DNA from: Candidatus Multivoradales bacterium
Lineage (GTDB): Bacteria > Acidobacteriota > Thermoanaerobaculia > Multivoradales > JAHEKO01
DNA: 64,000 nucleotides
Direction of reading: 5' to 3'
NCBI GenBank assembly: GCA_965248055.1
Contig: CBDFIJ010000004.1
Location: 2,816,001 to 2,880,000 of the forward strand
Below are positions 10,093 through 19,802 of this stretch, piece by piece. The notes under the pieces are model-generated. The model did not search any database. It worked only from the letters and a program-made list of their open reading frames with translations, and was not told where the DNA came from. The position numbers were made by a program, and so were the translations under genes. Positions within the stretch are counted from its first letter, which is position 1. Each line of letters starts with the position of its first letter.

Positions 10093-10154
10093 CTTCTGTA
10101 ACGCAGAACAGCGGGACACCACGAGCACTAACGACCTCCACTCAGGCCCGAAAG

Positions 10155-11027
10155 CTACCTGCTTGCTGCGATAGTCGCGACATTGGGGTCGGCTTGGATA
10201 CCTGCTGGCAAGGAATCAAAATAATCAGATGCTTCATCCGGATCGGCCTGGGCGATGCAGCGCAACGTTTTCCAGGCCTCAAGCGCACGAGGTGACTGAG
10301 TGCAGAGACGCCAAGAGCGCGCTACTTCTCGGCACCGCTGTCCACCGACAAGAACCGAGACCGCTGAACAATAGGTATTGGCATCGAGGCCCTCGAGTGC
10401 CAAAAGCCGAACCGCCGGGACCGCCGCATCTTGACTCCGACCGGCGGCGGTTTCAAGCAGCATCAAGTTCCGCAACGCAGCGTGGTCCTGTCCGTCCTTT
10501 GAAATCGACTGGCGCAGTAGTGCCCGGCGGTCTCGGTAAGAAGTCGGAGTAGGTGGCACCGGAACTCTATTGTTCGATGGGGGAGCTTCGATCTTCAGGA
10601 GGTGTCTCAGCCGCGCCGGTTCCATCCATCGGAAAGCAGCCTCTTCAAAAATTCGGCGGGTTCCTGGATTGCCCTGGTAGGTGCTGTAGACGCCGAATCT
10701 GCGTTCAAGTTCGACTAGGCGCGCAAAGACCTTGCTGAACTGTTCACCATTCTGCTTGCGGTCGCAGGTAATCGCGAGTTCGAGTTGACATTCGGTGAGT
10801 CGCTGTGGGCGGTCCAAGAGTCCAAAGCAAGCGATTTCTAGATCGCGGTAAGACGATTCAAAGTCGCCACTGTTTCGAGCTGCAACTCCAAGGTTCAATA
10901 AATTTTCATAGAAATCTGGTTGGGCTGCAAGAGGTACTGACGAAAAATCAGACCCTGCGAGCATCGCCACAGCAGCGATCAAAACGGTTGACCGTGGCTG
11001 GAATGTCTTGCGGCGCGTTGTTTTCAT
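10155..11027 (-). CDS. Exported helical-repeat (TPR-like) hypothetical protein
   Basis: ATG 11027 overlaps the phosphatase stop (ATGA) and has a GGAGG RBS; signal-like N-terminus; helical Ala/Leu pattern. Confidence 0.7.
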   Translation of the reverse strand: MKTTRRKTFQPRSTVLIAAVAMLAGSDFSSVPLAAQPDFYENLLNLGVAARNSGDFESSYRDLEIACFGLLDRPQRLTECQLELAITCDRKQNGEQFSKVFARLVELERRFGVYSTYQGNPGTRRIFEEAAFRWMEPARLRHLLKIEAPPSNNRVPVPPTPTSYRDRRALLRQSISKDGQDHAALRNLMLLETAAGRSQDAAVPAVRLLALEGLDANTYCSAVSVLVGGQRCREVARSWRLCTQSPRALEAWKTLRCIAQADPDEASDYFDSLPAGIQADPNVATIAASR

Positions 11028-11740
11028 GCTCGCCGCGCCTCCTCGACGATCCTCTGGGCGTTGGAGCGGGTCAACGAAGTGGCGATTTCTCTGCCCCATG
11101 TCCGCTCAATGACCTCTCGTGCGGCCTCAAGGCCTGGGGGACGCCAGGTCGGAGAGTGCGCGTCGCTAGCCACGTAGTGGACAGTCCCCCGATCAATCAG
11201 ACTGTGGGCAAATTTCTGCGCCGGGGATCCGAATTCACCGGTTACCGACATTGCTGTGACTTGAAACTGAATCCCTTGCCCTGACCAACCATCGATCAAT
11301 TCCGGGGTTTCGACCAGGAACGGAATGAACTCGGGGTGGGCAATGATCGGTGACAGTCCGGCGACCATCAATTCGTGGATTATTTCGCCCGCGTTGTGCG
11401 CAGTGTGGTTGGCCCCGAACTCGAGCAGGGTATATCGTGTTCCACCGAGTCCAGTCGCTGTGCTTCCTTGGGCGAGCAAGTCATCAACCGACTGATCGGT
11501 GACGTGTACCTCGCCGCCGGATAGAACTTCCAGGTTTCCTGAGTAGGAGGCATTTAACGCGGCAGCGCGCTGCTCGATTTCTCGCCGGGTGAGGGTCGGC
11601 CAAGCGCTAAATTGGTGCGGGGTCGCAAATACGTGGGTGCAACCACTTTCCTCGGCGAGTCGACACATCGAAAGCGAGTCGTCGTTGCTTTGGGCGCCGT
11701 CATCAACGTTGGCAAGAAGGTGCATATGAATGTCAATCAT
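11024..11740 (-). CDS. CpsB/CapC-family PHP tyrosine-protein phosphatase
   Basis: MIDIHMHLL..VDDGA, ATPH, IIAHPE, ASDAH; start reassigned to ATG 11740. Confidence 0.92.
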   Translation of the reverse strand: MIDIHMHLLANVDDGAQSNDDSLSMCRLAEESGCTHVFATPHQFSAWPTLTRREIEQRAAALNASYSGNLEVLSGGEVHVTDQSVDDLLAQGSTATGLGGTRYTLLEFGANHTAHNAGEIIHELMVAGLSPIIAHPEFIPFLVETPELIDGWSGQGIQFQVTAMSVTGEFGSPAQKFAHSLIDRGTVHYVASDAHSPTWRPPGLEAAREVIERTWGREIATSLTRSNAQRIVEEARRA

Positions 11741-11759
11741 GCTGAAGCGAAACAAGAGA

Positions 11760-14071
11760 TCAGGCGGCAGTGTCCCGCACCGCAGAATCGGAGGACCGGT
11801 AAGAAGCCTTGTGGTAGTTGTACCGGTAGCTGCGATAGCGAGAACCGGATCCGTCGGGGTTGAAACGATTGAGAACCAAACCCAAGACTTTGGTACCGGC
11901 AACCTGCAGCCGCGCTCGCGCTGCGCGAGCGTGGTCACGTCGGAGAACCCCCGAAGCGACGGTAAGCACCAATCCGTCGACGTGCAGAGCGACCAACATT
12001 GGGTCACTCACGGCTAAGACCGGGGGTGCGTCAATGATCACGAAGTCGTAGTACTTGCGCGCCTCGTCAACCAATTGCCCCATTTGTACAGAGGACAAGA
12101 GTTCACTGGGATTGGGGGGAATCGGCCCAGAGGGAAGTACGCTCAAGTTGGCAACTTGGGTCAACTGAACTGCTTGCCCGAGGTCTGCGCCTCCGGTCAG
12201 CACGTTGACGCTGCCGATCCGGTTACTAATCTCAAAGATCTTGTGTTGGCGTGGGCGCCTTAGGTCTGCGTCAATGATCAAGACCTTTCTTCCTAGTTGC
12301 GCCATAACCACGGCCAGATTGACGGCAGTCGAACTCTTACCTTCGCCAGCGTCTGCCGAAGTGATGGCCACTGCCTCCAAAACATCGGCGGAAGACATCA
12401 ACAAAGCTGCCCGTAGGGAACGATAGGCCTCAGCGAGCACTGAGTGTGGCTTGAGCAACGGAATCAGTTCGATGTTTGGTTCCGCATCTCCGTCTTCCGG
12501 TCTCTGTGGACCGGTTGGCGACGGGGAATCACTGCCGTAGGCTGCATAGTTGTATTGGTAGTTGTAGCGATAGCCATATCTCCCTCGCCGGTAGCCATAG
12601 CGGCGGGTCTTGGCACTGGCGTCGGGAATGATGCCCAAAGTAGGAAGAGCAAAGGTCCGCTCGGCCTGCTCAGGAGTCTTGATTGTGTTGTCCATGTAGT
12701 GGAAGCCAAGCACCAGCAAGATGCCGAAAATAGAGCCGAACAAAAGCCCAGATGTGACGTCTTTTCTCCAATTGGGTTGAAAAGGACTGCTTGGCGCGAT
12801 CGCTCGTTCAATCACGTGGACGTTGGTGTCGTTGGTTTCGCTTAAGTCGGAAGAGGCAGAACTACTGGCTTGCTGTTGTTGCAGCTTCGTCAATCGTTCT
12901 TCTAATCCTTGAATCTCTCTGCGAAGCGATCCGGCAAGAGAGGACTCACCCGAGTTTTCGGTGGCTGCTTCGCGAGTCTGTTCAATTTCCGTAAGCAAAT
13001 TTTCTTCGCGTGAAACCGCAGCTTGGTAGTCGGAACGGGCTTGTTGTCGGGCCGCTGAAGCGATGCGCGCAACCCCGCGCGAATAGCCGGCCCGAGCTTC
13101 GGCCAGAGAGGTCTCAGCGTCATCAAGGGCTGGATAGCCTGGGCGATAGCGTTCGCGAAGCGCGGCGATCTCTTGCTCTTTTTTTCTAATGTCGCGCTCT
13201 AGAGCAGACAGCTCAGCTGAGTTGGAACTACGAGCGATGGTTTCAGAGGACTGGCTTCTGAGCTGTTGGTATGTGGCTTCGAGGCTAACACGATCCGTGC
13301 TGGCCTGGGTGCGATCAGATTCCAAATCCTTGAGGCGTTCATTGGCGAGGTCGCCGGAGGCGTCGAGCGTCAAGTTCTGCGACTCCCGGGTCAGTGCACC
13401 GAGGTCCTGGCGCTTGCTGGCGACTTGATCTTGAGCGTTCGAATCTGTCCGGTCAAGAAATCGGTCGCAGCTCCGGCTTGCGTGCGGCGTTGGTCGACCC
13501 CCAATTGAATGTACTGCTGTGCCCACTCGTTGACGATCTTGGCCGCCAGTGCTGGGTCGGCATGGACAAAGCGTATGTTGACTAGCTCGGTGCCTTTCTC
13601 GGGCGCCACCTTGACTTTGAGTCCGCGCGCCATTCGAGCGATCGCCGCTTCATCTTGTTCAGGGGTTGAAGCCAGGGTGTTGTCTTCGACCGCAGTTGGC
13701 TTTCCGCCGAATTGCGGCTCTTCCCACAAGCGCAGAGAGCGCACGACTTGTTCGGCGATACGGCTGCTCTGAATGAGTTTGTATTGGGTTGGGTAGTACT
13801 CGAAGTTCCACATGCCCTCAAACCAAGCCATCTGCGGGTTGGTAAGACTCGCCAAAGTCTTACGTTGGATATGAACCTTGGTCGAAGCTTGATAAAGGCG
13901 CGGAGTGATCAGGTAATGCACGATGCCAAAACCGACTCCGATCAGAGCAATCGCAAGAACCCAAAGCCATCTGCGTCGAACAGCACCTACCGCTTCGACC
14001 AATAGCTCAGATTCAAACAGCCCGGAAGACTCTCCAGCACCGTGTTCGGTTGCCAGTAGGTCTTGACTCAA
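11760..14071 (-). pseudogene. wzc: Wzc-type co-polymerase/BY-kinase split by a 1-bp frameshift near 13432 (real lesion or sequencing error)
   Basis: Wzz-like N-terminal ORF 13391-14071 and C-terminal frame 11760-13526 (EAYRSLR, GEGKS, IDADLRRP, DAPP, Tyr-rich tail). Adding one base gives 770 aa. Confidence 0.85.
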
Positions 14072-14889
14072 AAGAAGGACTCCTTGATCTCCACCACATC
14101 ACCGTTGAGTAGTTGGAAACCGGGATTCGCTCGGTAGTTGACTTTCAAAGTCTCGGTCTTGCCGTCTTTGCCGGTGCGACGAACCACCGCTTTGGAGGAA
14201 GCCCGCTCTGACGGTCCACCTGCATAAGCGATTGCCGCGCCCAAAGTAATGGGAGTTTGCTCGGCCCAATCTTGCCTGCCCACGTTTTCAACGCTTCCTT
14301 GGAAATAGATGTAGATCGGCGCGACCTTGGAAACCGTGATTACGTCGTTACTAAATACCGGAATGTCATACCTGCTGGCGCCCGCTTGCAGTTGGTCGAC
14401 GGGGATTTGCAGAGTGCTGGTCAGTCCATTCTCTGCTCGGCGCACCACGGTCAAAGTGCTCCCCGCCTCATTGGTAAAGCCGCCGGCTTCAATGATCGCG
14501 TTGAGTAAACTCAAAGGGCCTGGGATCGGGAGTTTTCCAGGATTACTCACCGCGCCCAGGACCGAGATCGGTTTGGAATTGAACTCGTCAATCCTCACCC
14601 GAACGATCGGGCGAAGAAGGAATTCCTTCAAAGTCGCGGTGATGCGGTCAGAAAGTTGAGTTTCGCTCAGCCCGGCAACTTCCACGTCGCCATAAAAGCC
14701 CAAGTCGATCATGCCCCCGGTGGTGACCCGATATTCGCCTTTGATCTCGTCTTCACCCTGAACCTCAATGGTCACAACATCCATCGGGCCCAATCGATAC
14801 TCCTGGTAAGAATTTCCACTTTGCCCGTGGGCCAATACCGGGATACAGCACCAAACGAGTGCAACCGCAATGAACTTTATGAAACGCAT
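14068..14889 (-). CDS. wza: Polysaccharide export protein (Poly_export plus SLBB domains)
   Basis: YRLGPMDVV, G.V.VAGLS, VLGAVSNPG, AGG motifs; TTGA overlap with wzc. Confidence 0.88.
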   Translation of the reverse strand: MRFIKFIAVALVWCCIPVLAHGQSGNSYQEYRLGPMDVVTIEVQGEDEIKGEYRVTTGGMIDLGFYGDVEVAGLSETQLSDRITATLKEFLLRPIVRVRIDEFNSKPISVLGAVSNPGKLPIPGPLSLLNAIIEAGGFTNEAGSTLTVVRRAENGLTSTLQIPVDQLQAGASRYDIPVFSNDVITVSKVAPIYIYFQGSVENVGRQDWAEQTPITLGAAIAYAGGPSERASSKAVVRRTGKDGKTETLKVNYRANPGFQLLNGDVVEIKESFF

Positions 14890-14982
14890 ACTGATTTTGT
14901 GATTGACTCCACATCAACTCAGGGAGCATGGGTTCTCTACAGCGAATTATATGCCGAGAAGGTCGGCTCGGCCACAGATTTC

Positions 14983-16311
14983 CTAAATGCCTGAGGCGCG
15001 AATCGAAGGCGGGCTGGCTTTGGCGCCAAAAGGAGTGAAGGTTACGCCCAAACGGAACCGGTCAACATTGCGGTCAAATTCAACTCCTGCCCCTTGATCT
15101 ACTTCGCTGTGCGAGTACCCTGCTCCGAAGGTCGAGCGATCTCCGAGAGGGAGTTGATAGTCGATTCCATAGGCGGTTCGATCGTCGTTGCGCGGAGTCA
15201 AACCTTGGTAGCGGTCGGTCCCGGTCTCGTAGTAACCACTTAGGGTGGATCGGCTGCTGGATAGCTGTAGACGGGTGCCGGTCGATTGCGCAATGAAATG
15301 GCTATGGATATTGGACAACGCGTAAACCAGGCCGCGTCGTGAGTAGACCGCGAGATTCCATTTCTGGCTGCGCGAGGTCATGCCGACTTCGACTCTTCCG
15401 GTGTTGTCCGAAATCGGAGCGATTGCGACTGCCCCCTGGTCGGGTTGGATATCCAGGCCAACCCAGTCTAAGGACAACCACGAGCGCGATCCCTGCAGAG
15501 TTGAACTGACGAACAGGGAGGTGCTGGAGTTGGATCGATCTCGTCCGAGTTGTGAGAACTGTGCTTCGCTGTCTTGAATGCCAGCGGTGAAGGAGACGCG
15601 GTCGGTGTTGATCCGTAGCCCGAATCGAGAAACGGTCTCTTCGCGATCTAAATCTTGAAATCGTGACTGGACCTCAACGGAGCGATCTACCGACTCGAAC
15701 TGGGTCACGCTGGTTCCGGCGACCAGATCGATGTGCCGGTACAGGTTGACGGAGAAATCGACTTTGGCCGCTTCTTCTCGCTGCACCAACTCCTGTTCCA
15801 ACTCGCGAGTGACCACGCCGAGATGTTCTCTGATCCCCAGGGAAACTTCGGTCTGCAGACGGTTGTACAAACCGAAGAGCGAGGCTCCGTAGACTTCGTT
15901 GAGGCCACTGCGTTGGTCCTGACCGCTCCACCAGTTGTACTCGGGCCGAGCGTGCAGGGTGAGAAATGCTTTGCTTCCGACCGGCAGATATCCCTGGAAG
16001 CCAGCACTGGCAACCGCAAGAAAATCTTTGTCTTCCCCGGAGTCGGTCAGCTGTCCGACGGTGTTGGAGACATAGCCAAGTCGATCAATGCCGATCCAAG
16101 GATCAACCCGCAGGCGCCCAAACTTCCAACGCGAATTGTCGATCGCGCTGTCTAATAATTCCCTCGGGTTGTCCCTGATCCCCTGGACCGATCCGGGTGC
16201 TGAGTAGGGGCTCGACTGAGCAAACGATATGCTCGCCAACTGAGAGCCAACGGTTAACCAAGCTATTAGCAATCCCCACTGACTAAAACGGACCAAGTTC
16301 GCGCTCTGCAA
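14983..16311 (-). CDS. Outer-membrane beta-barrel protein of the EPS export locus
   Basis: Signal peptide, alternating amphipathic beta strands, position directly upstream of wza-wzc. Confidence 0.75.
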   Translation of the reverse strand: MQSANLVRFSQWGLLIAWLTVGSQLASISFAQSSPYSAPGSVQGIRDNPRELLDSAIDNSRWKFGRLRVDPWIGIDRLGYVSNTVGQLTDSGEDKDFLAVASAGFQGYLPVGSKAFLTLHARPEYNWWSGQDQRSGLNEVYGASLFGLYNRLQTEVSLGIREHLGVVTRELEQELVQREEAAKVDFSVNLYRHIDLVAGTSVTQFESVDRSVEVQSRFQDLDREETVSRFGLRINTDRVSFTAGIQDSEAQFSQLGRDRSNSSTSLFVSSTLQGSRSWLSLDWVGLDIQPDQGAVAIAPISDNTGRVEVGMTSRSQKWNLAVYSRRGLVYALSNIHSHFIAQSTGTRLQLSSSRSTLSGYYETGTDRYQGLTPRNDDRTAYGIDYQLPLGDRSTFGAGYSHSEVDQGAGVEFDRNVDRFRLGVTFTPFGAKASPPSIRASGI

Positions 16312-16394
16312 TTTCTTAGATTCCCCCGGATATCCATGTGTCGTCTCAGCCGAAAGTCCCCGAAGTTAGGACCGACTAGCCAAGAGGCTCACCG

Positions 16395-17819
16395 ATGATA
16401 CCGGAGCGGACAGAACAAATTTGGTTGGTTACGCTTTGTGCTATCAGCGCGCTGTGCGCAGTGCCTTTTGGCGCGGTCACCGCGAACTGGTCGTTCGGTC
16501 TGCGTTTGCTCCTGGCACTTCTAGTGTTGGCAGCGCTCGCTCTAGGGATTGTCACGGGCATATCGCGAGCCACCAAGATCGTTCTGGGGTCCCTCTTGGG
16601 CATGGTATTCCTAGCGGGTCTTCAGCTACTGCCCTGGCCAGCCGCGCTGGTCGAAGTCGTCTCACCCGGCCACTTGCGGTTGCCGACTCGGGCTGCCGAG
16701 CTAATGGATCAAGCGAGGGCCGAAGTTTCCCTGACGGTTTCTCGGGATCTCACTTGGTCCTCGATGGGAGCGTGGCTCGGGGCGGGATGTGCACTTTTTC
16801 TCGGCGTTGTTGTCGGTCGGCTCAAGAGCCGACATTGGCTCTACATCGCCGCAGCCACAGGCGCGGTCTTCCAGGTGGTCTACGGGGTAAGCCGCTGGTG
16901 GAGTCAGAGCAGTGAAATTCTGGGACGCGAAGTGGTAGGTGACCTGAGCCGCGTCAGAGGGACATTCGTCAATCCCGACCATTTTTCTCTCTACCTGGAA
17001 ATTACCCTGGCCTTGATACCGGCGGTTGCTTGGTGGTTGTGGCAAGAAAGCAGCGATCGGTTCGGGACCATGCGCGCAGCGATGACAATGTTGCCGCTGG
17101 CTGCACTTTGGATGCTATTGCTCGGCGCGGTGGCGCTGAGTGGCTCTCGCGCCGGTTTGGCCGCGATTGCGGTTGGCTTCCTAGTGCAGGGTTTGGCATT
17201 GATTGTTTGGGGCAAAGACCGACTGAGCGGTGGGGTTTTGTTGGGCGGTGGTTCGGCGGCAGTGTTGGCACTGTTGATCTTGACCGGAGGATTGGGCTTC
17301 GCCCGTTTGGTCGGCACTTCGTCATATCAGGTGACCTCCAACCTGCGTTGGGCGGTGCTGCGTTCAAGTCTAGAGTTGTGGCGCGAATTTCCAGTCTTCG
17401 GTTCGGGGCTAGGTACTTTTGTCTCTGCCTACCCCCCATTTCAGCCGGTCGCTGCAGAGGGTGCGGTATGGCGACACGCTCACAACGGTTGGGTGGAGAT
17501 GCTTGCCACCACCGGAGTAGTGGGCATTGTGCTGGTGCTGTTGGGCCTAGTTGCGCTGGTCTGGGGTCTGAGAGGTGGCTTGCTGGATGGAGTTCGAACT
17601 CGGCACCGCGCCGCCGCCCTCGCAGCAATGGGAGTCTTAGCCACCGCTGCGCTACACGAAACCGTGGAGTTCGGTTTGACGATGCCAGCGAACGCGACTC
17701 TTGCGGCGCTGCTGATCGGCGTTGGCCTTGGAGTTCCTACCCGTGTCCGGGCAACAGATCATTCGATTCAGGAAGCGGGACGCAGTCGCGCCGAACCGGG
17801 GGTTACTTCCGACGGTTGA
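16395..17819 (+). CDS. O-antigen ligase/polymerase (Wzy_C) family membrane protein
   Basis: Many TM segments; GTFVNPDHF, SGSRAG, GSGLGTF, HAHN motifs. Confidence 0.88.
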   Translation: MIPERTEQIWLVTLCAISALCAVPFGAVTANWSFGLRLLLALLVLAALALGIVTGISRATKIVLGSLLGMVFLAGLQLLPWPAALVEVVSPGHLRLPTRAAELMDQARAEVSLTVSRDLTWSSMGAWLGAGCALFLGVVVGRLKSRHWLYIAAATGAVFQVVYGVSRWWSQSSEILGREVVGDLSRVRGTFVNPDHFSLYLEITLALIPAVAWWLWQESSDRFGTMRAAMTMLPLAALWMLLLGAVALSGSRAGLAAIAVGFLVQGLALIVWGKDRLSGGVLLGGGSAAVLALLILTGGLGFARLVGTSSYQVTSNLRWAVLRSSLELWREFPVFGSGLGTFVSAYPPFQPVAAEGAVWRHAHNGWVEMLATTGVVGIVLVLLGLVALVWGLRGGLLDGVRTRHRAAALAAMGVLATAALHETVEFGLTMPANATLAALLIGVGLGVPTRVRATDHSIQEAGRSRAEPGVTSDG

Positions 17820-19321
17820 TCGGTCTCGAATTCAACAACGTGGTTGCCTGGGCCCAGCTCGAGATCGAGAGTTATATGCCCGCGCACGATCGGGAAGGCG
17901 ACCCAGTCCCCATCCAGCCACAGTGTGCCAATTCCGCCTCGAGGCGAGGAATTGATGTCGACCTCAAGAACACTGGCTTCGGTGGTGACCACCGACAAGT
18001 AGGCCCGCAATGGGCTCCTGATCCAGTCCGCCGGATTCCAATCTTGCGGTGGTGGAGAACTCGGGATCCCTGCTTTCTTTCTGGCGATGGCAAAGGCGGC
18101 TGTTTGGCGCCACTTGCCATCTACTTTTGCAGTGTAGCGGGCACGGGTCTGCGCATCGCTAGTCGATTGCGTAAGGCTCAGCCAGTGCAGTCCCCAATCC
18201 TCAGAGGACAGGGCGGCTTCATCGGGTTGATGGTTGATTAGCGCCAATGCGGTGCCCCTGTCGGGGTGTCCATAAGAAACAACTCCGGCGAGCCGAGTCA
18301 TCACATCCGTTGGCACCGGGCAGACCGTGAGTACACATTGACGATTGGCCCAGGCCAACCAGGGTTTGAGAGCGTGCAGTAGGTTCTTGTGTACCGGTCC
18401 CGGCGGCAGAGCCCGGAGTATTGCGACCACCTGTGGCAAATTGGTGTTGTCTGGAGTGATCGCTAGCGACCGAGCAAACTCATCGATTGCTTTGAAGTAT
18501 TCCTGACCATTGAGCAATAGCGTTGCCCGGGCAAGATGTTGTTCACTCGCCTGCAAAGATAGCTGGCGCATCGTGGTTTTGGTCTTCACCGCGTTTGACC
18601 ATTGGCCCGCTCTAGCCAACGTCTGGTAAACCGGCTGCCATGCTGCTGGCAAATCGGGCAATACGGAAACTAGGTCATCGTAACTATGCTGCAGTCTCGT
18701 CCAGCGGGGCAGAATCGCATTGCGAATGGTGGCGGAGTTCATTGCTTGGCGTAGGGTGACGGTGGCCCGTTCTCTCTCTTCGGACGACAGGTCTCCCCAC
18801 ACCTCCAACAGAGCGAGCGCCAGATAGCCCTCGACTTCGCCTCGGCCGGGAGCCAAGGTCTGGGCCTCGGTCAGTGGGCCTAGCCAGCGCTCTCGTTCCA
18901 ATCGTTGAATTCCTTGCTTGGATCGCAGTCCGGAGAGAAATTCACTGGCGCCGACTCCCATTGCCGCGACCCACGACCCTGGTTCGCTTTGCCAGGCTTG
19001 GCGGGAAAGAGTGTTGAGTTCCTCGACCGCCAGTTTGCTCTTGTCTCGGAGCGCGATCCGTTCTTCGGTTGATAGATCTCGGGTGGCGGGCAATACCAGT
19101 TGCGACGCCAGAAGAGTGCGAATCGCTCGCGCTTTGGCGGTTGGAACATCGTTGGCTTTGCGCACCGAAATGCGTCCGACTCCGAGCTCCTCGGCAAATT
19201 CAACGCGGTCAAAAAGTTCCTTGAGTTGGTGTTGCTGGCGAGTCCAGCGGTAGTGTGCGCTGGCTGAAACTAGTAGCGTTGCGCCCGCAAGGAAGATTGG
19301 AAGTAGCCTTGCGTTCTTCAC
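17768..19321 (-). CDS. Membrane-anchored helical-repeat hypothetical protein
   Basis: 517-aa ORF with a hydrophobic N-terminus, a helical body and a small C-terminal beta domain. Confidence 0.65.
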   Translation of the reverse strand: MKNARLLPIFLAGATLLVSASAHYRWTRQQHQLKELFDRVEFAEELGVGRISVRKANDVPTAKARAIRTLLASQLVLPATRDLSTEERIALRDKSKLAVEELNTLSRQAWQSEPGSWVAAMGVGASEFLSGLRSKQGIQRLERERWLGPLTEAQTLAPGRGEVEGYLALALLEVWGDLSSEERERATVTLRQAMNSATIRNAILPRWTRLQHSYDDLVSVLPDLPAAWQPVYQTLARAGQWSNAVKTKTTMRQLSLQASEQHLARATLLLNGQEYFKAIDEFARSLAITPDNTNLPQVVAILRALPPGPVHKNLLHALKPWLAWANRQCVLTVCPVPTDVMTRLAGVVSYGHPDRGTALALINHQPDEAALSSEDWGLHWLSLTQSTSDAQTRARYTAKVDGKWRQTAAFAIARKKAGIPSSPPPQDWNPADWIRSPLRAYLSVVTTEASVLEVDINSSPRGGIGTLWLDGDWVAFPIVRGHITLDLELGPGNHVVEFETDQPSEVTPGSARLRPAS

Positions 19322-19322
19322 G

Positions 19323-19802
19323 ATGACGAGATCGTATCAGCGCCGCTTTGGCCGGCTGTTTTATTTGTGGCTGCTAGGTTCCGCGATACTGATGTGGTCG
19401 CCGTCCGAACCCGGTGGTGCGGGCGGATCGGCGGGTTTCGGGGTGGCGATCGAATCTGCCGCCAATCTCTTCCATGGACTGTGGTTTCTACTCGGAGCGA
19501 TGATCCTAGTTCGAGCGAAACGACGATGGCGATGGGCCGCGGTGTGGGGAGTTTTGGTCGTCGCCGGGTTCGTTTTTGAACTGGGTCAAGTCTGGGTTCC
19601 GGGTCGATCTGCGGGCATTATCGATGCATCCTGGAACCTAGTCGGGGCGGCGTTGGGCATGGTGCGTTGGGGGCCCGAGCGCGCGGACGCTCAGGCCCCC
19701 GAGTCGCAAGATTGCCGAAGCGCTGATCAGGGGCTTAAGAGCCAAGAGAGCCAAGATCAGGAGAATCCAGATCGAGAGAACCCATGCCGGGAGAACCGGT
19801 GA
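19323..19802 (+). CDS. VanZ-like membrane protein
   Basis: H..WF, ELGQVWVPGRSA...D..WN..G motif; low-complexity repeat tail. Confidence 0.75.
   Translation: MTRSYQRRFGRLFYLWLLGSAILMWSPSEPGGAGGSAGFGVAIESAANLFHGLWFLLGAMILVRAKRRWRWAAVWGVLVVAGFVFELGQVWVPGRSAGIIDASWNLVGAALGMVRWGPERADAQAPESQDCRSADQGLKSQESQDQENPDRENPCRENR

Noticed and set aside
13391-13526. Programmed ribosomal frameshift in wzc
   Set aside because: No X XXY YYZ slippery site at the junction, and no precedent known to me for this family.
17030-18241. 403-aa alternative-frame ORF, and similar long shadow ORFs (45475-46485, 61300-62247, 34372-35244)
   Set aside because: They overlap well-supported genes, have Arg/Gly/Ser-rich non-protein-like composition, and are typical of high-GC DNA.
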